Origin: a virus
Reading direction: 5' to 3' (one strand)
Length of the DNA stretch: 64,000 bases
IMG/VR virus record: IMGVR_UViG_3300042555_002918
Span: 81,389 to 145,388 of that record
The notes beneath the pieces were generated by a model. That model was not told the DNA's origin, made no database searches, and saw only the letters and a program-made list of their open reading frames with translations. Position numbers and translations under genes: made by a program. Within the stretch, counting starts at the first letter, position 1, and each line of letters begins with the position of its first letter. This document shows positions 8,834-17,793 of this stretch, one piece after another.

Positions 8834-9709
8834 ATGGCTGTAAAAACTGACATCTACGAAATCATTACTGAGCGTATTATTTCCCGCATTGAGAGTGAGG
8901 GTACGTTACCTTGGCAACAACCGTGGGGGAACTATCAAGGTGTCTCGGGCCAGCCTCAGAACTTTGTGACTAAAAAGCCATACCGGGGATGTAACGTCTG
9001 GATTCTTGCCGCTGCAAACTATCGCTCGCCCTATTGGTTAACTTTCAAACAGGCTCAATCTTTGGGAGGGACCGTCAAGAAAGGCGAAAAGGGCGTCCCA
9101 GTGATCTATTGGCAGTGGATAGAGAAAAAGGACAAAGAGGGAGAGAGAATCCCCCTCCTTCGATATTTTACAGTATTTAACGTAGAACAGTGCGAGGGAT
9201 TCGAGGTTCCACAGCTTGAGGAAGCTCCTGTTAACACCGACCAGGGCTTTGAGTCTGCAGAGAGAGTCATTGAGAACATGAAGAATCGACCGAAAATAAG
9301 ATTTAACGGTCATTCTGCCTACTACTCTCCTTCGGAAGACCTTGTCGTAATACCGAGTAAGTCCGACTTCACTTCGACAGCTGAGTTCTACAATACGACT
9401 TTCCATGAGCTTATCCATTCGACCGGCCACTCTAGCCGATGTGCCAGGATGAAGACTCTTCAAGACTGGAATAGGTATGGCTCAGACCCATACGCTAAAG
9501 AAGAGCTCGTCGCGGAGATGGGGGCGAGCTTCCTCTGTGGAGTCGCTGGGATTGAGTCAAAGGTCGAGGATAACAGCGTAGCCTACCTTCAGGGGTGGAT
9601 TAGCCGTCTTAAAGGGGACAAGAAGCTCCTTATACAGGCGGCAGCACAGGCCCAGAGAGCAGCGGACTACGTGCTTGGGACAACCGATAACAACGAACAG
9701 GAGGGATAA
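8834..9709 (+). CDS. ardC: ArdC-like antirestriction/ssDNA-binding protein with zincin-like domain
   Basis: PWQQPW, YRGCN, WLTFKQA..GG.VKKGEKG, VFNVEQ, HELIHSTGH, YAKEELVAEMGA. Confidence 0.92.
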   Translation: MAVKTDIYEIITERIISRIESEGTLPWQQPWGNYQGVSGQPQNFVTKKPYRGCNVWILAAANYRSPYWLTFKQAQSLGGTVKKGEKGVPVIYWQWIEKKDKEGERIPLLRYFTVFNVEQCEGFEVPQLEEAPVNTDQGFESAERVIENMKNRPKIRFNGHSAYYSPSEDLVVIPSKSDFTSTAEFYNTTFHELIHSTGHSSRCARMKTLQDWNRYGSDPYAKEELVAEMGASFLCGVAGIESKVEDNSVAYLQGWISRLKGDKKLLIQAAAQAQRAADYVLGTTDNNEQEG

Positions 9710-10014
9710 TGTGGTTTTGTTTTAATGATGGATTCATCAGTGCAGTGCAGCATCGAGACGAGCCGGATATGCTTGTAGTAAGAGCGAGACGCAGGGATAT
9801 CCTGGGTAACCTCTTTCCCGAGCACAAGGTAATTGTCGGTGGGTCTACCGACTACAATTACCGGGTCTTCATTGGAAAAAAGGACTTTAGCGCAGTTGTG
9901 GCAAAGCGTATCCAGGCCATCGACTACTCCAATTTCAAGAACAGCGTAGAAGACGACGACCTACACGCTCTGTATGCTGACTTCTGGCAGCTACACTACG
10001 CATATCAAAGGTGA
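9709..10014 (+). CDS. hypothetical protein
   Basis: Translationally coupled to ardC; DGFISAV..VRAR..DY.YR..IDYSNFKNSV. Confidence 0.7.
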   Translation: MWFCFNDGFISAVQHRDEPDMLVVRARRRDILGNLFPEHKVIVGGSTDYNYRVFIGKKDFSAVVAKRIQAIDYSNFKNSVEDDDLHALYADFWQLHYAYQR

Positions 10015-10029
10015 CCTAACCCGCTCGAC

Positions 10030-10944
10030 CTATCGGTCCTTAAGGTCCATTAGAATCTGCTTAGGGTCCTCAGGCTCATTTGGCACAACGTGTGCGTGCC
10101 AAACGTGGATGGGCTCCATGTTTGAAAAATGGGAGCCTGGCGGAAGGATTGTCGGCGTTGGATGTACTTTCAGTGTCGTGTGCCTTGGAAGTAAGTACTC
10201 ATGTTCGTTGCCGACCGCAGAGTGTTCTCCGACGTACAATCCTCTCTGTCCCTTTTTAAGATGAATATGAAGCACGTGGTTGGCGCGGGCATCACCCTCT
10301 TCCGAAAGAGGCTTGGAAAACACCACAGCCGTCTTTTTGTTGATAGACGTGGATGTATAGGCTGGGAGGTGAATTTTGTTCTCTGAATTTAGAGCGGCTT
10401 TCCGCCCAGGGTGAAACCCCACTCCTGAATAGACGTGGAGGTCGTGTTTAAGTCTGTGGTGTTTTACGGCCTCATCCAAGTGCGGGATGCTGTGCTCCGC
10501 TATATTATCCCCAGGGTGAGTCTTTGTGATATGGTGCTGTAGAAGAGCCCTATTAAGACGACTGCTTTCCTCGGTATACTTCTTAACTGCTTTTCGGTGC
10601 CCATCTGAAAAATCATGATGCGGTTGTAGTCCAGCCAAGGTTTCATGGACATTGGAGTAGGTTTCTCCTATGTGCGAATTGTCGTTTTGGCTCCTCCATT
10701 CGGCGTACTTGACTGCGCGGGCGGCCTGAGCACTCTCATCTACCTTTTTAAGAGGCTTTTTATTGGCTGAAGAGTGGCCGCCGTGGCTATCGACAACGGT
10801 GGGGGTGCCTTTATAGGTGGGGGGCCTATCCTGAGCGTGACTTCCGTGCGTATCGACCACAACGGCAGTTCCCCTATAGCGGGTAACCGACTTTTGTCCG
10901 CCTAATCCGGCAATAGACTTCAGATATTGAAGAAACGTTTTCAT
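10030..10944 (-). CDS. ADP-ribosyltransferase (Alt/VIP2-like), paralog 1
   Basis: YT..S..LN..L, HVYSG, AYTSTS, EHEYLLPR; N-terminus MKTFLQYL. Confidence 0.85.
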   Translation of the reverse strand: MKTFLQYLKSIAGLGGQKSVTRYRGTAVVVDTHGSHAQDRPPTYKGTPTVVDSHGGHSSANKKPLKKVDESAQAARAVKYAEWRSQNDNSHIGETYSNVHETLAGLQPHHDFSDGHRKAVKKYTEESSRLNRALLQHHITKTHPGDNIAEHSIPHLDEAVKHHRLKHDLHVYSGVGFHPGRKAALNSENKIHLPAYTSTSINKKTAVVFSKPLSEEGDARANHVLHIHLKKGQRGLYVGEHSAVGNEHEYLLPRHTTLKVHPTPTILPPGSHFSNMEPIHVWHAHVVPNEPEDPKQILMDLKDR

Positions 10945-10981
10945 AGCGGGGTACCACAAACTCCCCCACTATTTAGGTGCG

Positions 10982-11950
10982 TTACTTAACCCCAACCGAT
11001 GTCTTTTTCTTAGAAGCACCCGTGTCTTTTCGCTTTGGGACTTTGGCCTTGCTGGTTGAATCATTTAACTCGCTCGGTATGACATGGGCGTGCCAGATGT
11101 AGGTCTTGTAGTCATTACCGGCGTGCCCTCCTTCAGGAACGACTGAGGGTTTAGGGTGAACCTTGAGTGTTGTATGTCGAGGAAGGATGTACTCGTACTC
11201 ATTTTGGTCATAATTAGAGTGTTTTCCGACGTAGAGGCCCTTCTGTCCCTTTTTTAGATGGATGTGCAGAACGTGATTAACTGGTTCATGATTGTATTTG
11301 TCGGTCGTTCCTTCGATAGCGTGGGAAAAGACAGTAGCAGTCTTTTTGCAAATCGAAGTAGATGTATATGCGGGTAGGTGAAGATTGCCCTTATGACACA
11401 TTTCACACTTTTCTCCTGGATGAAAGCCTACCCCAGAGTAGACATGAAGATCGTGCTTCAGTTTGTTGTGACCAATAGCCTGGTCTAATTTATGGATGTT
11501 GTGTTCATCCACTTTTGGAGGGTCGTCATATCCGGCCTCGTAATGTTTGAGAAGGGTGCGATTAACATGACGACTATAGGTCGTGTACATTTCAACAGCG
11601 TCAGAATGATCGCGAATATTGCTTATTGGATATTTCTTATCCAAGTGAGTTTCAATTTCGTCATGATTATTTCCAAGGTGGTGATTGTCGTTATTTGACT
11701 CCCATTGGGCGAAATGTTTCCATTTCCTAGCCTTTTTAAATGACCACGCCTCATCGAGTTTCTGTTTTTTTGCCAGAGTCGATGAAAGTGACTGAGATGC
11801 CGAGACATCTGTCGCCTGCGCTATGCTCTTTTTTCTGAGAGCCTTATGTTTTGAATGGGACCCGTGGGTATCAACAACAACCGGGGTGCCCGTAAAGCGG
11901 GGCACACCTCTCAGGATTTTCTGAGAGATGAATTGAAGAAATGTTTTCAT
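10982..11950 (-). CDS. ADP-ribosyltransferase (Alt/VIP2-like), paralog 2
   Basis: YT..S..VN..L, HVYSG, AYTSTS, EYEYILPR; N-terminus MKTFLQFI. Confidence 0.85.
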   Translation of the reverse strand: MKTFLQFISQKILRGVPRFTGTPVVVDTHGSHSKHKALRKKSIAQATDVSASQSLSSTLAKKQKLDEAWSFKKARKWKHFAQWESNNDNHHLGNNHDEIETHLDKKYPISNIRDHSDAVEMYTTYSRHVNRTLLKHYEAGYDDPPKVDEHNIHKLDQAIGHNKLKHDLHVYSGVGFHPGEKCEMCHKGNLHLPAYTSTSICKKTATVFSHAIEGTTDKYNHEPVNHVLHIHLKKGQKGLYVGKHSNYDQNEYEYILPRHTTLKVHPKPSVVPEGGHAGNDYKTYIWHAHVIPSELNDSTSKAKVPKRKDTGASKKKTSVGVK

Positions 11951-11980
11951 AATTAACTAGTAGGTTGATCCACTAGTTAT

Positions 11981-12721
11981 TTATGCATTTTTCAACCCAT
12001 GATACCGGACAAGAAGCATTTTTTTTCTTGTGTTGAAATTCTGGTGCAATTTTTCCCAGTCCTTAAGTCCTGACTGACTAAATTCCGTCTTGACCTTTTC
12101 GTCATCAAGTTTCTTAACGGCATCAAGACCATCCCGCTCGGCGTGAGGATGCTGCGAAAACACGTGGTTGAATACTTGAGACGCTTGTTGGTTTTTATGG
12201 CGTAGTGAGTCATGCTCATCAATGTCCGGACCAAATTCCTTGTGGTCACCCTGGGCTCGAAAGTGAAATGCGCCGCCAGTATCAATGGAATGTAGGTCTC
12301 CGGTTTTTGCGTTCTTTAGGATGTTATCATGCTCTGTTCCGACGATGTCCCAGTTCTTAGTTAGAACTGCAGCGTGGAACATTTTTCCGATCTGACTAGC
12401 TTGCGTTGGTGTCAGATGATGAAAATCTTCAGGTTTGATTTTGGCGAGGTTATCGTCGTACCTAGTAACGACGGCATGTTTTCCTCGAATGACGCGATAC
12501 TCGGGCTTTACCGTATGGATGCCCATATGATGATAAATCCTTCCAGCAAGGGCCTCAACCTTGGCCTGGTCGGCATTTTTGTAAAATTTGACGTAATGAC
12601 GATTACCGGAACTGTCGGTGTGAATCCCGCCCTCATTTGAGCCGAGTTGAGTACCTGACACTGGGGTCAGTTCTTGAGAGGTAAACTGCTTAAATGTTTT
12701 GATGTTACTCTCGCTCATCAC
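11981..12721 (-). CDS. HipA/PI-kinase-like atypical kinase
   Basis: GSNEGG loop, YVK, E in helix C, NWD..G...DNIL, IDTGG; N-terminal KTFKQF. Confidence 0.65.
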   Translation of the reverse strand: MMSESNIKTFKQFTSQELTPVSGTQLGSNEGGIHTDSSGNRHYVKFYKNADQAKVEALAGRIYHHMGIHTVKPEYRVIRGKHAVVTRYDDNLAKIKPEDFHHLTPTQASQIGKMFHAAVLTKNWDIVGTEHDNILKNAKTGDLHSIDTGGAFHFRAQGDHKEFGPDIDEHDSLRHKNQQASQVFNHVFSQHPHAERDGLDAVKKLDDEKVKTEFSQSGLKDWEKLHQNFNTRKKMLLVRYHGLKNA

Positions 12722-12722
12722 C

Positions 12723-13325
12723 TTACTTCCCTTTCATTTTATCATGATTAAGGGCTGGCCTGTCATCAAATTCTGTCATACCTCGAATTTCATACGCGAC
12801 GAGAAATCCGGCGCTAGTAAATGCGTGCCAGAGGTGGGACATGCCTGACTCCTCATCGATAGTGGAGCGACCGGTCATCTTTCCGAGCCACCACTTCCAT
12901 GAGTGGCGTATCATCGCTCCAAACACTCGGCTCCATGCCATGCCGCGTTCCCAGTTGCGCTCAGGATATGCCTTATCTCCTCTCACGCTTGTGCTGACTG
13001 CCCATGTCTGCACCTGAACCATGGCCTCAAATGCATCAAATGGGGCCAGATCCCATCGGGGCTTTCCTGTATCGAGCTTATATCCACCGAGCCCCGTCTT
13101 TGCTTCCTCTTGGGTAGTTGGCTTTACGATAGTTTCGGTTTCAAGCTCTTCTTCTTCATTTAGCCTACTCGCCAGCTGCTGTTCCATGACGCTCATCTCG
13201 TGTGGATTGAGAACGACTCTCTTTTCAGAAAGCGAAGTACCCCAGAACGGCTTTACGTTAGTGTCATCTGTTTGAACTGTAGCCCTTACTTCATCCTTCA
13301 GCTTGTTGATGTCTAACTCTCTCAT
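12723..13325 (-). CDS. dATP/dGTP diphosphohydrolase domain protein (DUF5664-like)
   Basis: KLDTGKPRWDL, Y..RNW.RG..WSR..A..RH, D.ESG.SHL.HA. Confidence 0.85.
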   Translation of the reverse strand: MRELDINKLKDEVRATVQTDDTNVKPFWGTSLSEKRVVLNPHEMSVMEQQLASRLNEEEELETETIVKPTTQEEAKTGLGGYKLDTGKPRWDLAPFDAFEAMVQVQTWAVSTSVRGDKAYPERNWERGMAWSRVFGAMIRHSWKWWLGKMTGRSTIDEESGMSHLWHAFTSAGFLVAYEIRGMTEFDDRPALNHDKMKGK

Positions 13326-13747
13326 GGTTTCCCCCTAGTTTGTGTTTTTAAAATTTGTGGAAAGCATTGCTTGAGTGTCGCCTTCGAGAGGCCAATCTTT
13401 ATTTGCTTTTTTGCGGCCTGAATCAGAGTTGCCGCCTCCCTGGGTTCAAGCCTTTCAAGCATCGATTTGAATCTTAGGTTCTTCCTAACCTCAGGTACGT
13501 TGGAATCTTTGGTGAATGTGTGCCACAGCTTTGAAGAGTGGCTGAGTGTCTCAAGCTCATCGTGCTCCTTTCTCTTTAAATAGGGAGCGTCAAGATCGAC
13601 ATCTAAGAACAGGTCGGGGTCAAAGTTTAGCCTTAAAATCCCAGCAAGCCCCGCACTCATATTAGTGTGTAGAATATCAACCTTTTCCCCTCGGCTCTTC
13701 GCCTCTTGGGTTAGACTAATCACTTCAAAGATATACTTACGCTTCAT
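13322..13747 (-). CDS. conserved T4-like hypothetical protein
   Basis: IFEV..K.EKV.IL..L..NFDP..F..MLE.L.P.EA pattern; ATG at 13747. Confidence 0.7.
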   Translation of the reverse strand: MKRKYIFEVISLTQEAKSRGEKVDILHTNMSAGLAGILRLNFDPDLFLDVDLDAPYLKRKEHDELETLSHSSKLWHTFTKDSNVPEVRKNLRFKSMLERLEPREAATLIQAAKKQIKIGLSKATLKQCFPQILKTQTRGKP

Positions 13748-13869
13748 CGTTTCGTTATATTTTGGTCTTGGGAATAGGAGCCTCAAGGAGATCCTTGCTG
13801 CAACAATCAACGCCACCGGGAGTGAGTAATACATTGATTGCATAGTGTTCTGGTGTCTTGTTGCTCACC

Positions 13870-14109
13870 CTACGCAAGCATAATAACGGATGCGGTATCG
13901 TGGCGTGGATTACCTTTCCGGTGTCGCTCTGGTTTACTCGGCGGACACTTAGAACATCCTGCGTATGGACATGAAAGAGTTTTCTGATACCCCAAATACA
14001 GGCATCCATCCTCAACGTGACCGATAAGCCGACCAAGTGGAGGAGCTTGGTGAGTGGGACGACACGAAGAAAGAATTGAAACTGCTAGGACCAAAATCAG
14101 TTTTCTCAT
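13870..14109 (-). CDS. small putative lipoprotein
   Basis: Signal peptide with LSSC lipobox; Cys-rich mature part. Confidence 0.5.
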   Translation of the reverse strand: MRKLILVLAVSILSSCRPTHQAPPLGRLIGHVEDGCLYLGYQKTLSCPYAGCSKCPPSKPERHRKGNPRHDTASVIMLA

Positions 14110-14112
14110 AGC

Positions 14113-14949
14113 CTAAAAATTGTTTGGGTTTACGCCTGCTTGAACGAGGTAGTGGGTTCTTTTTCCGCGAGCAAAAAGGGCGCTCGGAGCGGGTTTTGAG
14201 AACTCCTCCAATATTGCATCCCTAATTGTTTCTGGGATGTACTCAAAGCTTATAAGTCTTTGATTACGTTCAAAGTGTGCCTTATAGGTCTCTGGTATAC
14301 CGCCATCTCCCACGAAAAAGTTGTCTATATATATAGAGAACGCCTTTGCAGACACGACGGTCTGGCGCTCATTTAATACGAATACGGCATCCTTGGAGTG
14401 TAGATTTGGGATGCCATCGTTCCTGTCTCCGCGAATGATCTTCTCTCGCAAGTCATCTTCCGGGGACTCAGTTCGGTACACTGAATCCCTTCGCTTTGAA
14501 TACTGACTGATATATGGGAGCCTATGCAGCTGATGGAAATCTTTATCCTCTGATATGATGATGCTCGGCTCTTGGTTTGTAGTTGCTAGAACAGCTACTA
14601 CATCATCCCCTTCTGCTCCTGGGACGCAAACAACTCTAAATACTGCGTGTTCGGTTAGCTCATCTCGAATCAGCCGATTAAGTCGGTCAATCTCTTTCCA
14701 TTTAACTGCCTCTTCGGCTCTGGTAATTTTTCGTCTGGCTTTGTAGTGGGGGTATATCTCGTACCTCCATGAGCGTCGTCCGTCGCAGCAAACAATCAAT
14801 TCTCCATATTGATGCTTGAATCGGTTCTGAACAATGAAGAGAGTATGAAGAACGTGCTTTCTGAAATCGCTTTCCGTAACTTCCGAGACCTCTCGCTCCT
14901 GGGCAAAGAAGCATGAAATCAGCAAATGAGAGAAGTCAACGTATATCAC
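14113..14949 (-). CDS. rnh: RNase H / 5'-3' exonuclease
   Basis: WRYEIYPHYKARR, AEGDD, ISEDKDFHQL, GDRNDGIPN, RNQRLI. Confidence 0.93.
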   Translation of the reverse strand: MIYVDFSHLLISCFFAQEREVSEVTESDFRKHVLHTLFIVQNRFKHQYGELIVCCDGRRSWRYEIYPHYKARRKITRAEEAVKWKEIDRLNRLIRDELTEHAVFRVVCVPGAEGDDVVAVLATTNQEPSIIISEDKDFHQLHRLPYISQYSKRRDSVYRTESPEDDLREKIIRGDRNDGIPNLHSKDAVFVLNERQTVVSAKAFSIYIDNFFVGDGGIPETYKAHFERNQRLISFEYIPETIRDAILEEFSKPAPSALFARGKRTHYLVQAGVNPNNF

Positions 14950-14964
14950 GACATCACCTTTCAG

Positions 14965-15510
14965 TTATCGCGTCTGACTGAATCCCAGCTTCGCGATATA
15001 GTAAGCATCCACTAAGTCAGCCAGTGGAGACTTCCCCAACGGACATGGAAGTATTTTGTCTAGCCATAATCCTTCATTAGCAAAGGCGCGGCACATTCCC
15101 TCTTTTGTTGCGTTTCCTTTTCCGGTCGCAAATTTCTTAATGGTGGTGACAGGTAGGAGGTGAATATTCACATTCTCCCTCCAAATCTTATGTTTTAAGA
15201 CTCCGCACCCCTCGGCCAGCACGTGGGTCGAAGATGAATGAGACGTGTAAGAGTAATTCTCAATGAAAATGTCTGAACACTTGAAGTGCAGGATGTGTTG
15301 AAGAAGCCAGCCCGAAATCCAGTCGACCCTTTGCTCCTGGGTGAGATATGGGGGGCAGCGCTCGGACGTAAGCCGATTATCCTGCCTGACCCACTTCCCT
15401 ACGCCGTACAGGTAAAAGAAGTGACAGTTTGCAGGTGTCCACTCCTCCCCTATGTGAACGCACATAGCGGGACAGGATAGAGAGAAATCAATTCCAGCTA
15501 TGCACCTCAT
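14965..15510 (-). CDS. RuvC-like Holliday junction resolvase
   Basis: AGIDFS, FIENYSY, IKKFATGKGNATKE, DLVDAYYIA. Confidence 0.85.
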   Translation of the reverse strand: MRCIAGIDFSLSCPAMCVHIGEEWTPANCHFFYLYGVGKWVRQDNRLTSERCPPYLTQEQRVDWISGWLLQHILHFKCSDIFIENYSYTSHSSSTHVLAEGCGVLKHKIWRENVNIHLLPVTTIKKFATGKGNATKEGMCRAFANEGLWLDKILPCPLGKSPLADLVDAYYIAKLGFSQTR

Positions 15511-15523
15511 GGGAGGTATTTAG

Positions 15524-16798
15524 CTAGTCGTTTCTCTCATTAGGATTTTCAATTTTATAACAAAGAAGGCCGGTACTGGTTTGTGCCCGTACGACGACAT
15601 GAAACGGATATGTTATTGGACTGACTAACGACCGAAACATCCATCTATTAGAGCCATCGTGCTCGTAGCTACCCGATCGATGATATGTATCAATCGTACT
15701 GCCACCTGCCATGATAGATACTGTTCTTGGCTCTGTTCCCTTGGGGAAAAGAATAACTCCTCCCCGGTCACGGAACTCGGATTGCTTTAAAAGAAACCCA
15801 GATTTGGGGCCATCATTAGGTGACTTAATCACTGAACATGACTTTAAGCTCTCGTTGTCCTTCTGAGTCCATGTGTTTTTAGTGTGTTGCCGAATTGACT
15901 TCATTGCCTTTTCGGCCTGCTTTGCAACGAGGTGAAATACCTTGGAGGCTGCCTTGCAATTTCGCACTCTTGGATCAACGAAACCAGTGCCATAGTTGCA
16001 GTTATCCTCAAGAACCCACAGGAAAACTACCTCGCACCGATTGGCATATGTCGAGATGTACTGCATAAGAGGTCTTCCACTCTCGACTGAGTTCTCGCCT
16101 AAAGGACTCATTCGTTGTGGGAAAGTAATATCTGTACCATCTAAATTAGCAACGCACGCCTTAGGGAGTGGAGGGTTTGAACCGTGTCCCTCTACCAAGT
16201 CAGCACCTTTAATCACCTTTGTGCTTCGTGACGAGGCGGAAAGAGGATTCCATACGGTTCTGCACCCAGGGAACTGCTCTTTAGTCCACTCCATCAGTAC
16301 CTCACCGGCCTTAGAGGACACATTAGACTCCAGTCCTGGGTTTATTAAACACTGAACTCTTGGGGGTAAGGCCTCAATTTTCCGCTTAGCTAATTGAACG
16401 TACTGAATGAATTTTGCCTTAAGCTGAGGGTCCCTGCTCCTCAATAGCTTGTCGTATTGGGCCGGATTCTTGATGCCGTACAGAAATTCATATTTACCAA
16501 GGCGCTTATTCCGATGTCCTGGCTCGTTGATGAGGTTTAATTCAATAGTCTGCAAGCGCGGATCTGCCGCAAGTCTGTCCCAGCACCGGAAGTCATTTCC
16601 GAATGTGTTATAGAGAGCCGCAATATGAAGGACAGGTAACCTTCGAACAGAACTCAGAAATTCATTACAATTAAAGGTGGGGGATGTTAACGAAAACACT
16701 CCTCTGCCCACGTTACTGACGTATGGTTGTGCGGTTGAGGTTCGCGGCATGAAGACAGAAAGCGCTACTACTACCGCTAATAAAGTCTTTTTCCACAT
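15524..16798 (-). CDS. exported protein (signal peptide, possible TIM-barrel domain, C-terminal module)
   Basis: Sec signal MWKKTLLAVVVALSVF; NEP motif; several Cys; 424 aa. Confidence 0.6.
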   Translation of the reverse strand: MWKKTLLAVVVALSVFMPRTSTAQPYVSNVGRGVFSLTSPTFNCNEFLSSVRRLPVLHIAALYNTFGNDFRCWDRLAADPRLQTIELNLINEPGHRNKRLGKYEFLYGIKNPAQYDKLLRSRDPQLKAKFIQYVQLAKRKIEALPPRVQCLINPGLESNVSSKAGEVLMEWTKEQFPGCRTVWNPLSASSRSTKVIKGADLVEGHGSNPPLPKACVANLDGTDITFPQRMSPLGENSVESGRPLMQYISTYANRCEVVFLWVLEDNCNYGTGFVDPRVRNCKAASKVFHLVAKQAEKAMKSIRQHTKNTWTQKDNESLKSCSVIKSPNDGPKSGFLLKQSEFRDRGGVILFPKGTEPRTVSIMAGGSTIDTYHRSGSYEHDGSNRWMFRSLVSPITYPFHVVVRAQTSTGLLCYKIENPNERND

Positions 16799-16867
16799 AG
16801 TTACGCTCCAAATACAGCTCTGTGTGAGAAGTATTTAGTGAGCGCGGATTTGAGCCCGTGGAGCTAA

Positions 16868-17176
16868 CTATTCGTTTGATTGTTTAGATAAACAGTCCGG
16901 ACAGGTTGTTCTTTCCTTTTCAGTCCGTGCGTCCTGATCCCCGCAGGTGTCGCAAGTGTACACATACAGAGTCAGAACTTCTTGTCTGGCGAGATCTTCA
17001 AACATTTTTGATAAATCAGACTTCAACTCATCCAACGTCTCTCCAAATGGATAAGCGCTGTTTTGAGACCAACCACGAGGAGTCCCATCTTCGTCATAAA
17101 AAAATGACCGAATGTCCCAGACCTCGCTTCCGTCTTCATGGATAATCCGACACGGTCGATAGTTCCACTTAGTCAT
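16868..17176 (-). CDS. hypothetical protein with C-terminal Zn ribbon
   Basis: MTKWNYR..FYDEDG.P.GW; CDTC..CPDC. Confidence 0.65.
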   Translation of the reverse strand: MTKWNYRPCRIIHEDGSEVWDIRSFFYDEDGTPRGWSQNSAYPFGETLDELKSDLSKMFEDLARQEVLTLYVYTCDTCGDQDARTEKERTTCPDCLSKQSNE

Positions 17177-17783
17177 AGATATCGTCCTCAAACCGAAGGC
17201 ATTTTCCGGCCCTAACGCCCTCTTGAACGGTGATGTTCTGGAGTGCAAGCCGAGATGTGCTTAGGTCATCATTAACTATGAGATAGTCAAACTTTTGATG
17301 CTCATCCGAATACACGCTTAACTCCTTCGAGGCTCTCCCAAGTCTTCTTGCCACCTCGTCAGGTGATGTACCCCTGGACTCTATGCGGCGACGAAGCTCA
17401 TCTCTTGTAGAGCAGGTCAAAAAGACATTAACCGTATTTACAGGGAATGTGTCCTTCAGTCGGATTGCACCATAGACATCAAGAATAATTACCGCAGACT
17501 CGTCCTTTGAGATTACCTCCTCCAATGACCCCTTCAGGGTACCGTAAAGATTACCGTGCACCTCTTCATGCTCGAAAAACATATTGTCTGCGATTCCTCT
17601 CCTGAAATGTTCCTCACGCCAAAAGTGATAATCGACACCATCCAATTCTCCCTTCCGAGGTGTCCTTGTCGTGACAGTCGTAATGCGTGATACGCTTCCG
17701 TTCGATGTGCGTCGAAATATATCAGCGAGAGTCGTTTTTCCGGAGCCTGAAGGGCCGCTGAAGCAATAAATCATTCCGCCCAT
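17169..17783 (-). CDS. gmk: guanylate kinase
   Basis: SGPSGSGKT, TTRTPRKGELDGVDYHF, HGNLYGT, FDYLIVNDDL. Confidence 0.93.
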   Translation of the reverse strand: MGGMIYCFSGPSGSGKTTLADIFRRTSNGSVSRITTVTTRTPRKGELDGVDYHFWREEHFRRGIADNMFFEHEEVHGNLYGTLKGSLEEVISKDESAVIILDVYGAIRLKDTFPVNTVNVFLTCSTRDELRRRIESRGTSPDEVARRLGRASKELSVYSDEHQKFDYLIVNDDLSTSRLALQNITVQEGVRAGKCLRFEDDIYD

Positions 17784-17793
17784 TTGGTCCGCC

